Origin: Deferribacterales bacterium
Lineage (GTDB): Bacteria; Chrysiogenota; Deferribacteres; Deferribacterales; Geovibrionaceae
Direction: 5' to 3'
Assembly: GCA_050251875.1 (NCBI GenBank)
Contig: JBFWMA010000006.1
Location: forward strand, 132,024 to 196,023
DNA: 64,000 nt
Shown here: in pieces, positions 9,400-18,432 of the stretch
How the letters are laid out: every line of letters starts with the position of its first letter
Position numbering within the stretch: position 1 is the first letter of the stretch
Notes under the pieces: generated by a model
The model's database searches: none
Seen by the model: only the letters and a program-made list of their open reading frames with translations
What the model was told of the DNA's origin: nothing
Position numbers and translations under genes: made by a program

Positions 9400-10416
9400 T
9401 TATATGCACTTGTCCGGAATCGGGAAATCGATATCGAACAGCGCCCAGGAGTCTTTAACGTATTTAAACGCTTTCTGCACCTGCTCGCTGTCATAGAAAT
9501 CCTTGTCATAATCCTCGAACTCGAAGAAAGAAGTGTCTTCCAGCCTCTGACCTATTTTTCTGAACTCAAAGAGCTCGTTCAGATATTTTGTCATAGACTC
9601 GCCATAGGGCACGACTGTGATTCTGCCCACGGGTCTGCACTCTCTGATTATGGATGAATAGAGGTTCGCCCACATTGTGGTTACCTCTATGTGATCTTCA
9701 CGGGTGATCTCTTTGCCTGTGCCTTTTGTCAGAGCGATGGCGCCGGGGTGGCGCACGGTAACGAGATATTCGGCTCTGTCGGCGAAGAGGAAGTTAAGCA
9801 GTTTCACAGAGTATGACAGAGGGGTGCTTTTCAGGAAAACGTGCTCCTTGTCTGTCGCCTCACGGTTCACATATGTGAGAAACTGGCACAGCTCGAACAG
9901 CAGGTTGTTGAAGTTCCAGGGCAGTCTCCAGCCCATGTCATATTCGACATAGGGGTTGTTCTGAACAAAAATAGCGTTGGGCATGTAGTTGTGTGTCATG
10001 GACACCAGAAGTTTGTTCCATTCCCATCCGTATGCGCTGGAAGCGGCGTTGTATATTGTTGTTCCGCCTGTTCTGGGCATACCCAGAATGAAGTGAAACT
10101 TTTTACCTGCGATATAGGGTCTGATGATGTCGGCGTTTCCGCTCATGATTCCCTGAAACAGCCTGACGGCTTCTTTCAGAAAATCGTCCATTTTTTCAAC
10201 GTATTCTTTTGTTCCTTCCGCCTTCTGCACCTGCTCAGCGTGCTTCTTGCGCATGGCTGCCATGGTTTCGAGATTCTGATTCTCTCCTGTGACTACTTCC
10301 CATGTCTCAGCCGGATCAATCCCAGCGGCGTATTCCATAGCGCCTCTGGATATTGCTACGTCCATAGTGGTGTTGAGCTTTATAGTTCTGGGATTATTTT
10401 TCTTTTTTTCGGTCAT
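9400..10416 (-). CDS. Hypothetical protein with P-loop sulfotransferase-like motifs
   Basis: FILGMPRTGGTT resembles the 5'-PSB loop and YLVTVRHP the 3'-PB motif; start placed at MTEKKK. Confidence 0.6.
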   Translation of the reverse strand: MTEKKKNNPRTIKLNTTMDVAISRGAMEYAAGIDPAETWEVVTGENQNLETMAAMRKKHAEQVQKAEGTKEYVEKMDDFLKEAVRLFQGIMSGNADIIRPYIAGKKFHFILGMPRTGGTTIYNAASSAYGWEWNKLLVSMTHNYMPNAIFVQNNPYVEYDMGWRLPWNFNNLLFELCQFLTYVNREATDKEHVFLKSTPLSYSVKLLNFLFADRAEYLVTVRHPGAIALTKGTGKEITREDHIEVTTMWANLYSSIIRECRPVGRITVVPYGESMTKYLNELFEFRKIGQRLEDTSFFEFEDYDKDFYDSEQVQKAFKYVKDSWALFDIDFPIPDKCI

Positions 10417-10553
10417 GCTAAATCCTTTAGTTTTTGTGCGCAATCTTATACTTTCCGGTGCGCAATATCAATACATTTTTGGTGTTTCAGGCTTTATAAA
10501 TCTTTACACCAGTAAATGTTTGAGATAAAAATGGAGCACACAAGGAGACACCG

Positions 10554-13500
10554 ATGTTCAAAAATTTCGCTGAAGGCAGAATTATTCTTTTTGACGGGGC
10601 TATGGGCACGTCTATTCAGAAATATGACATAAACGAAGACGTCTGGCAGGGATACGGCGGGTGCAGTGAATGGCTGAACTTTGCCGCTCCGCACATCATT
10701 CAGGAGATACACGAACAGTATCTTCAGGCGGGAGCCGATGTGGTGGAGACCAACACGTTCGGCGGAACCGAGCTGGTGATGTCCGAGTACAACCTTCAGG
10801 ACAGAACATATGAACTGAACCTTCTGGGTGCGCAGATAGCCAGACGAGCCGCCGATAAATACGGCAGATTCGCCGCCGGATCGATAGGACCGGGAACACG
10901 TCTGCCCAGCTTGGGACAGATTTCCTTCGATGAGCTTTACGACATGTACTACAAACAGGCTCAGGCTCTGCACGAGGGGGGTGTTGACCTCTTCATAGTG
11001 GAGACCTGTCAGGATCTTTTACAGATAAAAGCGGCTCTGAACGCCGTATTCACCCTGAAAAAAGACAAAAACTCCGAAGCCCCCGTGATGGTTTCCGTCA
11101 CAGTGGAACAGAACGGAACCATGCTGATGGGAAGCGACCTGTCCGCCGTGGTGGCTGTCCTGCGTGACTACCCCCTCTTCTCCATAGGGCTTAACTGCGC
11201 CACGGGACCCGATCTGATGCACAACCCCGTGCACAACATAGCCAAAAACTATAAAGGCAGGATATCCTGTCTGCCCAACGCCGGTCTGCCGGAGAACAAG
11301 GGCGGAAAAATGGTCTATTCCATGACTCCCGAGCACATGGCGGAGATAATGGACGGACTGGTGAAGGAATTCCCCGTGCATGTGCTGGGCGGATGCTGCG
11401 GCACAACACCCGACCACATTAGAGCCCTGCGCCCGGTGGCAGACAGAAACAAACCGAAAACACCTGAAGATATACCCTATGCCGGAGAGACAGCCAGTCT
11501 GTATTTCTCCACACCCATACAGCAGTCCCCCGCCCCCGCCCTCATAGGCGAACGTGCCAACGCCAACGGAAGCAAAGCCTTCAGAGAGCTCCTGCTGGCT
11601 GAGGATTTCGAGGGAATGCTCGCCGTGGCGAAGGAACAGGAAGAGACCGGAGCCCACTTCATAGACGCATGTGTGGCATATGCCGGACGCAATGAGAAGG
11701 AAGACATGAAGCAGTTCATGCTTCTGCTGAACAAAACACTCACAGCCCCTGTGGTTATAGATTCCACAGAACCTGATGTGGTGGAAACAGCTCTGAAAAA
11801 CTACGCCGGAAAACCCATCATAAACTCAATAAACTTCGAAGACGGCGGCGCAAAACTGCACAAGCTGCTGTCCATAGTAAAAAATCATCCCTCAGCCGTC
11901 ATCGCCCTCACCATAGACGAAGACGGAATGGCGATGACCGCAGAAAAGAAATTTGAGATCGCTGAGCGCATTTACAAAGTATTCACCGAAGAATACGGAC
12001 TGAATCCCGAAGATCTGATCTTCGACCCGCTCACCTTCTCCATAGGCTCAGGCGACACCACGCTGACGATGGCGGCGGTGGAAACCCTGAACGCCATACG
12101 CATGATAAAAACCCGTCTGAAGGGCGCAAAAACCGTTCTGGGGCTGTCTAACATCTCCTTCGGACTGTCCGCCGCCAGCAGACCTCTGCTGAACTCCGTG
12201 TTTCTCCACGAAGCAGTGGCGGCAGGGCTGGACACGGCCATAGTCCACGCCTCCAAAGTGATTCCGGAGTCCATGATAGACGCTGAGGATATAAAGTTCT
12301 GCAAGGCGCTTCTGGACGGCAAAGAGGGCGCTCTCTCCGCTTTCATAGAATATTTCGCCTCCAAAGAGGGCGAGGTGAAACAGGAAGAGGCGGTCAACCT
12401 GCCCCCGGACGAGATGCTGACACAGCAGATCATGAAAGGCAGAAAAGCGGGGCTTGATATCGTTCTGAACGATCTGATGAAAATAATGAAGCCCATAGAT
12501 ATAATAAACAACCTGATGCTGCCCGCCATGCAGAAGGTGGGAGAACTGTTCGGAGCCGGAAAAATGCTCCTGCCGTTCGTTCTTCAGTCGGCTGAGACCA
12601 TGAAGGCGGCAGTGAGCCTGCTGGAACCCTTTATGGAAAAGGACGATACCCAGACCAGAGGCACCATAGTGCTCGCCACCGTGAAAGGAGACGTGCACGA
12701 CATCGGAAAAAACCTGGTGGATATCATCCTTTCCAACAACGGCTTTCAGGTGTATAACCTCGGCATAAAAGTCCCCGTGGAAGAGATGATCCGCATGGCG
12801 ATAGAGGTAAAGGCGGACGCCATCGGCATGAGCGGTCTGCTGGTGAAATCCACCAACATCATGCGTGACAACATAGAAGAGATGCAGAGACAGGGCATAG
12901 CCAAAAAGATTCTTCTGGGCGGCGCCGCTCTGACGGAAAAATTCGTCAACAACGACTGCAAACCTCTGATGCCCGGCATGGTGCATTACTGCCGTGACGC
13001 CTTCGACGCTCTGAAAGTTCTGGGCGGAGAGGAGGGAGCCAAAGCCCCCGAAAAACCCATGAAAGAAGCGAAACCGAAAGCTGTCAGAGTGAAGCAGCCG
13101 ACCCACGACCAAAACGTTCCATGCGTGCCGTTCACAGGCGCCAGAACCGTAACCGGCATAGACATCGACTCCGTTCTCGAATACATGAACAAACTGGCGC
13201 TCTTCGGACACAGATGGGGCTACAGCAAAAAAGACATGCCCGAAAGCGAATACAGCAAAATGCTGAGAGAAACCGTATACCCCGAATACGAACACATAGT
13301 AAAAAGGGTGAAGGAGGAGGGACTGGTATCACTCTCCGCCAGATACGGATATTTTTACTGCAACAGTGACGGGTGCGATCTGAAAATATACAAAGGCGAT
13401 ACTGACGAGATACTCACCACGTTCAGCTTTCCCAGACAGGGAATAGACGGCGGTGTTTGTCTGGCGGACTATTTTCTGCCCGCCTCCTCCGGAAAAAAGG

Positions 13501-13907
13501 ACGTGGTTCCGTTCCATCTGGTATCCATAGGAAACACAGCGGAGAAGATCTGCAAAGACCTCTTCGACAGGCACGAATATAAGAGCTATTACCAATACCA
13601 CGGATTCTTCACCGAGCTGACCGAGGCTCTGGCGGAATACTGGCACAAAAATATAAGAGCCGAGCTGGGCACAGACAAAAAAGACGCTAAATCCGCCCAC
13701 GGCATAATATCGCTGAACTATCAGGGGCGCAGATACAGCTTCGGATATCCCGCCTGTCCGTCTCTGGCGCAGAATTCCCAGCTGGACAGCATACTGGGTT
13801 TCAAAGAAATAGGAGTATTTCTGACAGAAAACCATGAAATGGTTCCCGAATACTCAACATGTGCTATAATAGTCTATAACGGTTCTGCGGAGTATTTCAC
13901 GGTTTAA
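10554..13907 (+). CDS. metH: Cobalamin-dependent methionine synthase
   Basis: FDGAMGT, GLNCATG, GGCCGT, IGERANANGSK, GDVHDIGKN B12 motif, RYSFGYPACP. Confidence 0.97.
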   Translation: MFKNFAEGRIILFDGAMGTSIQKYDINEDVWQGYGGCSEWLNFAAPHIIQEIHEQYLQAGADVVETNTFGGTELVMSEYNLQDRTYELNLLGAQIARRAADKYGRFAAGSIGPGTRLPSLGQISFDELYDMYYKQAQALHEGGVDLFIVETCQDLLQIKAALNAVFTLKKDKNSEAPVMVSVTVEQNGTMLMGSDLSAVVAVLRDYPLFSIGLNCATGPDLMHNPVHNIAKNYKGRISCLPNAGLPENKGGKMVYSMTPEHMAEIMDGLVKEFPVHVLGGCCGTTPDHIRALRPVADRNKPKTPEDIPYAGETASLYFSTPIQQSPAPALIGERANANGSKAFRELLLAEDFEGMLAVAKEQEETGAHFIDACVAYAGRNEKEDMKQFMLLLNKTLTAPVVIDSTEPDVVETALKNYAGKPIINSINFEDGGAKLHKLLSIVKNHPSAVIALTIDEDGMAMTAEKKFEIAERIYKVFTEEYGLNPEDLIFDPLTFSIGSGDTTLTMAAVETLNAIRMIKTRLKGAKTVLGLSNISFGLSAASRPLLNSVFLHEAVAAGLDTAIVHASKVIPESMIDAEDIKFCKALLDGKEGALSAFIEYFASKEGEVKQEEAVNLPPDEMLTQQIMKGRKAGLDIVLNDLMKIMKPIDIINNLMLPAMQKVGELFGAGKMLLPFVLQSAETMKAAVSLLEPFMEKDDTQTRGTIVLATVKGDVHDIGKNLVDIILSNNGFQVYNLGIKVPVEEMIRMAIEVKADAIGMSGLLVKSTNIMRDNIEEMQRQGIAKKILLGGAALTEKFVNNDCKPLMPGMVHYCRDAFDALKVLGGEEGAKAPEKPMKEAKPKAVRVKQPTHDQNVPCVPFTGARTVTGIDIDSVLEYMNKLALFGHRWGYSKKDMPESEYSKMLRETVYPEYEHIVKRVKEEGLVSLSARYGYFYCNSDGCDLKIYKGDTDEILTTFSFPRQGIDGGVCLADYFLPASSGKKDVVPFHLVSIGNTAEKICKDLFDRHEYKSYYQYHGFFTELTEALAEYWHKNIRAELGTDKKDAKSAHGIISLNYQGRRYSFGYPACPSLAQNSQLDSILGFKEIGVFLTENHEMVPEYSTCAIIVYNGSAEYFTV

Positions 13908-14013
13908 CAGATTTTTTACCTAATCAGACAAAAAAGGTTTGATTTAAGTTTAAATCCGTGATACCTTTTAGCAGAAACTAAAATTTAGCATGAAAAAACA
14001 GGAGGAAAGTCCA

Positions 14014-14400
14014 ATGGCAATAGGCGAACTTGTAAAATCAGCAGATTTCAAATCAGAAAAGCACGTTCCCGTTCTCGTTCTGCCGTCTAAAATAGTCGCA
14101 GGCGAGGCGTTTGAAGTAGAGGTTTCAGTCGGTAAAGAGATAGCTCACCCCAACACTACCGAGCACTTCATCAACTGGATTTCCGTATATTTCAAACCCG
14201 CTGAAGGCAACCTGATCAACGTTGCCAGATTTGAATACACAGCACACGCTGAATCAGCGGCAGGCGCAAACCAGGGACCCGCTCTGGCAGAACCCTGCTC
14301 AAAATTCGTGCTGAAGCTGAAAACTCCCGGAAAACTGATCGCTACATCCTACTGCAACATTCACGGTCTTTGGGAAAGCGAAGCAGAAGTTAAGTTCTAA
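14014..14400 (+). CDS. Superoxide reductase (neelaredoxin-type, class II SORL)
   Basis: EKHVP, HPNTTEHFI, YCNIHGLW iron ligands; AGGAGG RBS before MAIGEL. Confidence 0.93.
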   Translation: MAIGELVKSADFKSEKHVPVLVLPSKIVAGEAFEVEVSVGKEIAHPNTTEHFINWISVYFKPAEGNLINVARFEYTAHAESAAGANQGPALAEPCSKFVLKLKTPGKLIATSYCNIHGLWESEAEVKF

Positions 14401-14422
14401 CAATTTCTTAAACACTCAATAC

Positions 14423-14453
14423 AAAAAAACCCGCTCAGTCGAGCGGGTTTTTT
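14423..14453. terminator. Bidirectional intrinsic terminator
   Basis: AAAAAAACCCGCTC-AGTC-GAGCGGGTTTTTT between convergent genes. Confidence 0.9.
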
Positions 14454-14473
14454 ATTATCATTTACTTAGTCTG

Positions 14474-17119
14474 CTACATTCCGACTGCGTTCAGGTTTTT
14501 CGCCACCACCTTACAACATTCGTGGTCGTCTCCCAGCAGCTCTGTATATATCTCGAACGCTCTGGACAGAAGATCCTTCGCCTCTGCCTTTTTTCCCAGA
14601 CGGAAGAGAAGCTCGCCCAGATTGTTCATTGTGGCGGCGGCGGATACGGTTCTTTCACCGCCTACCTCTCTCTTTATCTCCAGAGCCTTTTTATAATACA
14701 TCTCGGCACGCTCGAACTGCCCCATTCTGGATGTGATGAACCCCATGTTATTGAAGCCCAGAGCGGTTCTTTCGTGTCTGTCGCCGAAGACTGTCTCATA
14801 TATCTGCAAAGCCTTGAAATAATACGGCTCGGCGTTCTGCATATCTCCCATGAGATATTTCAGCTGACCGAAGTTGGTAAAGCTCGCCGCTGTGGACGGG
14901 TGGTTTGTGCCGTATACGTTCGTTTTTATCGTGATGGCTTCGTTGTGCATCGCCTCAGATTTTTCATATTCCCTGATTTTCTGATATACCACAGCGAGAT
15001 CGTTGGCGGCGGCGGCTGTCATGCGGCTGTTTGCTCCATAGATCTTTTTGGTTTTCGCTATCAGGTCTTCATAGAGCTTTACGGCTTTCTTTCCGTTGCC
15101 GTTTTTAAAAATTATCTGCGCATAGTCGGACAGGCTTTTTATCGCCTCTTTGCTGTATGGTCCGAGCTGTTCGTTTTTGTATGATGTGAGCTTGTGATAG
15201 ATCAGCGCCGCTTTGGCTATCTGCCCCGCCGCTGAATACACTGACGCCATCACCTCATCCGCTTCTATTCTGGCGGAATCGTTGATATCCAGCGCCTTGT
15301 CCAGAATGATCTCCGCTTCGTCCATGCACTCCACGGCTTTCAGCCTGTTGCCGGACTGCATCTCCAGACGTCCCATCTTAACCATGCTGTCCGCATAGTC
15401 AGCGCTCTTCTCTCCGGTCAGTCTGGCTCTTATGTCCAGCCCTTTCTTCATAATAGCCTGGGCGGCGGTGAAATCGCCTGTGGAGCTGTAGAACCCTGCC
15501 AGTTTGTTCATGGCGGGTACTGTGTCGGAGGAATCCTTGCCGGATTTTTCCGCTATGGCTTCCAGACGCTCCTGAAGAATGTTTTCAGCGTCCTTAGCCC
15601 TGCCGGATTTCAGATACATGAAGGCGAGTTTGTCGATATATGCGCTCGCCTCCGGGTTGGAAGCGCCCAGAATTCCTGATATATGTTCTTTTGCCGTTTC
15701 CAGCTGGTGCAGCCAGAAACTGAAAATTTCCATGTCATAGTGTTTCTTTTCCAGACTGGAGAACCAGTCCACGAAGCCGTCTATCTCCATCACTGATTTG
15801 GCGTGACGCACAGCCTCTTTTATGTGCATGGGGCGTCTGAGAGGCGCTCCTGTTTCAGCGGCGGCGATGTGATAGCGGTAAAGGCTGTAATTTATATTTT
15901 CCAGCAGATCGGAATCCAGCGTGGAAAAAGCGTATTTTCTGTAATAGGGATGTATTCTGTATGTGTGGTCGGTCATGCTCTCCACAAAGCTGTATCCGGT
16001 GAACATGCCGAAACAGCCGTCTATCTCCAGAACACTGGGGGCGAACTCCTTCGCCACGGCGATGAACAGCGGCTCATCGAAATATTCCGCCCCGCTCAGG
16101 AGCTTAGCCATCACAGAATCAGAAGACGGCAGACAGCTCAGGTGCATATGAACTATGTTCATGGGGTCGGATTCTATCATATCAGGGGATATCTCTGATC
16201 CTTCTGATTTTTTATACAGTTCGCATGTCTCCGCCAGATAGGCGGTGAGCGCCGGATGACCTCCGGTGCTTTCGAATATGAGCTCTCTGAGAGCCTCTCT
16301 CTCCATCTTTTTCTGGGAAAGAAAGCTGTCCGACTGCTCACGGGAGAACCCCTCCAGAGGCATTTCCATGCACAGCTCGCCGTATGTCTGCATGGACAGT
16401 TTGTTATCGCTCAGATAAATCACTGTGCCGCATCCGGCTTTTTCCATAAGATATTTCAGCCAGCATTCGCCTGTATCTGTGGTGTTGTAGAAAGATTCGG
16501 CGTTATCCGCCACGATCACGGGCTCACGCCCTGTTCCCTGTTTCAGCCCTCTGAGACATTCAGCGAACGCCTCCAGCAGAACATGCCAGTTCCTCTGGTT
16601 CGGCTGAGCGTATATGGATGAAATGTACGGACGAACGGTATCGTTAAACCATTCCTCAGGAAGAGTTTTACCGACCTCATCGTACATGTATCTGGTGAAG
16701 TAGATTGAGTGGGAAGCCTTAGACATCACATCCGACACAGCGGGCGACATCAGACGAAAATATGAAGACGCCGTATCCGCCAGCATACCGTGTATCTTCT
16801 CGCTGCGCACCAGAGTGCAGATATCGAACAGAGAGAAATAGCCGGTATGAGCGCCGGACACACCGTTTCTGAGTGTCACTATGCCCTGTTCCGGATAGCA
16901 TCCGCATCCGTATGAGGCGTCTATGCCTAAGAAAACGTATTCGCCCGAGTCTCCGCCCAGCTCCCGCTTTAATGATGCCATCAGGTCAGATTTACCTTTT
17001 CCGCTGTCTGAATAGACGCTTAAAAATCTGCATCCCTCAGAAATGTTCATATCCAGTAAATCTTTTACGGCGTCCAGCAGTTCCTGCCTTTTGACTTGGG
17101 CTTTAACAGACATAATCAC
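14474..17119 (-). CDS. Tetratricopeptide-repeat protein with N-terminal STAND-like NTPase region
   Basis: SDSGKGKS (Walker A-like), VIVADNAE (Walker B-like), STGGHP (GxP); C-terminal ~42-aa TPR repeats (G..HP.TA....N.G). Confidence 0.8.
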   Translation of the reverse strand: MIMSVKAQVKRQELLDAVKDLLDMNISEGCRFLSVYSDSGKGKSDLMASLKRELGGDSGEYVFLGIDASYGCGCYPEQGIVTLRNGVSGAHTGYFSLFDICTLVRSEKIHGMLADTASSYFRLMSPAVSDVMSKASHSIYFTRYMYDEVGKTLPEEWFNDTVRPYISSIYAQPNQRNWHVLLEAFAECLRGLKQGTGREPVIVADNAESFYNTTDTGECWLKYLMEKAGCGTVIYLSDNKLSMQTYGELCMEMPLEGFSREQSDSFLSQKKMEREALRELIFESTGGHPALTAYLAETCELYKKSEGSEISPDMIESDPMNIVHMHLSCLPSSDSVMAKLLSGAEYFDEPLFIAVAKEFAPSVLEIDGCFGMFTGYSFVESMTDHTYRIHPYYRKYAFSTLDSDLLENINYSLYRYHIAAAETGAPLRRPMHIKEAVRHAKSVMEIDGFVDWFSSLEKKHYDMEIFSFWLHQLETAKEHISGILGASNPEASAYIDKLAFMYLKSGRAKDAENILQERLEAIAEKSGKDSSDTVPAMNKLAGFYSSTGDFTAAQAIMKKGLDIRARLTGEKSADYADSMVKMGRLEMQSGNRLKAVECMDEAEIILDKALDINDSARIEADEVMASVYSAAGQIAKAALIYHKLTSYKNEQLGPYSKEAIKSLSDYAQIIFKNGNGKKAVKLYEDLIAKTKKIYGANSRMTAAAANDLAVVYQKIREYEKSEAMHNEAITIKTNVYGTNHPSTAASFTNFGQLKYLMGDMQNAEPYYFKALQIYETVFGDRHERTALGFNNMGFITSRMGQFERAEMYYKKALEIKREVGGERTVSAAATMNNLGELLFRLGKKAEAKDLLSRAFEIYTELLGDDHECCKVVAKNLNAVGM

Positions 17120-18432
17120 TCGCTCTTCTTATCGGGCATTGTCCTCATCCAGACATAATCAGATGAAAATATCTTTCCGATAGTATTTTCAATACTCATC
17201 TTATCGACTTTATTTATATTTTCAATAAAATTATCATAATAACTAGGAACACCTACAGTGTATGAATAGCCTATGTCATTGGCTTCACTGGATGTTTTCT
17301 CACGCTGAAAAACTGATTGGCTTTTCAGCCTGTTTTTCGCCTTTTCTATGTTTTCCTGTGTCAGATATGTCGAAACATTCTTAACGATATCAAGTATCTC
17401 GCTCTTGATCAGGTCTCCTCTGCCCAGCGGAGCGTTATATGTGAAAAGAAATGTACCGTTGTATCTCAGCCCGTAATATCCGGCGTTTATACTATTAGTT
17501 ACATCTTTGTCGTATCTGAATTTCTGATTCAGAACAGAGAACTCGCCTCCGGAGAGTATCTCTCCCAGCACTTCCAGAGAATACAGATCCACATCCAGAA
17601 GCCCGTTGGCGGGGTAAGAGAATATGCCGTATTCCTGATTGATATCCCTGCCCACGATTTTTTCCACCGGGGCATCCAGCTTTGTCAGCCCTTTGATGTC
17701 ATATCTTTTTCCGGCGGGGACATCACGCTTGTCGCTGAAATATTTTTTAGCCAGCGCCTTCACATCGTCATAAGATATATCGCCCACTACCACCAGTGTC
17801 ATGTTGTCCGGATGGTAGTAGCGCTTATAATAATCGGTCAGCATGTCATGGTCGAACGAATTGACAGTCTCTTCTGTGCCGATGATCTCTCTGGCATATG
17901 GAGTGCCTTTGAACATCTGTCTGGAGAATTCCTCCCACATCTTGGATGTGGGGCTGTCATAGCTCCTTTTTATCTCCTGAACCACCACCGGTTTTTCCTT
18001 TTCTATCTCTTCGGGGATGAATTTTGCCCGGAAGACCATCTCGCTGATGGTGTCGAAGGCGGTTTCAGCGTTATACGAGGGGATGTTTATGTAATAGAAC
18101 GTATAGTCTTTGCTGGTGGCGGCGTTCATCACTCCGCCTTTGCTCTCCACTATCTCGTCTATTTCAGACGGAGCGTATTTTGCCGTGCCTTTGAAGACCA
18201 TATGTTCCAGAAAGTGGGATATACCGCTCTCCTTCTCTGTTTCGTTCACAGATCCGGTCTTCATCCATGTCTGCACCGACACCACCTTGACCCCCGGAAT
18301 ATTTTTGTAGATAAGCGTAAGATTATTGTCGAGCTTCATGGTTTCCTTCGCCAAAGCAGAACCTCCGGTTAAGACTATTCCTATTATTATCGCCAGAATT
18401 AGCTTTTTTATTAACATATCAGTTTTTTTCAT
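17116..18432 (-). CDS. M16-family zinc peptidase with signal peptide
   Basis: GISHFLEHMVFKG inverted zinc motif, NAATSKDYT; hydrophobic N-terminus. Confidence 0.93.
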   Translation of the reverse strand: MKKTDMLIKKLILAIIIGIVLTGGSALAKETMKLDNNLTLIYKNIPGVKVVSVQTWMKTGSVNETEKESGISHFLEHMVFKGTAKYAPSEIDEIVESKGGVMNAATSKDYTFYYINIPSYNAETAFDTISEMVFRAKFIPEEIEKEKPVVVQEIKRSYDSPTSKMWEEFSRQMFKGTPYAREIIGTEETVNSFDHDMLTDYYKRYYHPDNMTLVVVGDISYDDVKALAKKYFSDKRDVPAGKRYDIKGLTKLDAPVEKIVGRDINQEYGIFSYPANGLLDVDLYSLEVLGEILSGGEFSVLNQKFRYDKDVTNSINAGYYGLRYNGTFLFTYNAPLGRGDLIKSEILDIVKNVSTYLTQENIEKAKNRLKSQSVFQREKTSSEANDIGYSYTVGVPSYYDNFIENINKVDKMSIENTIGKIFSSDYVWMRTMPDKKSE

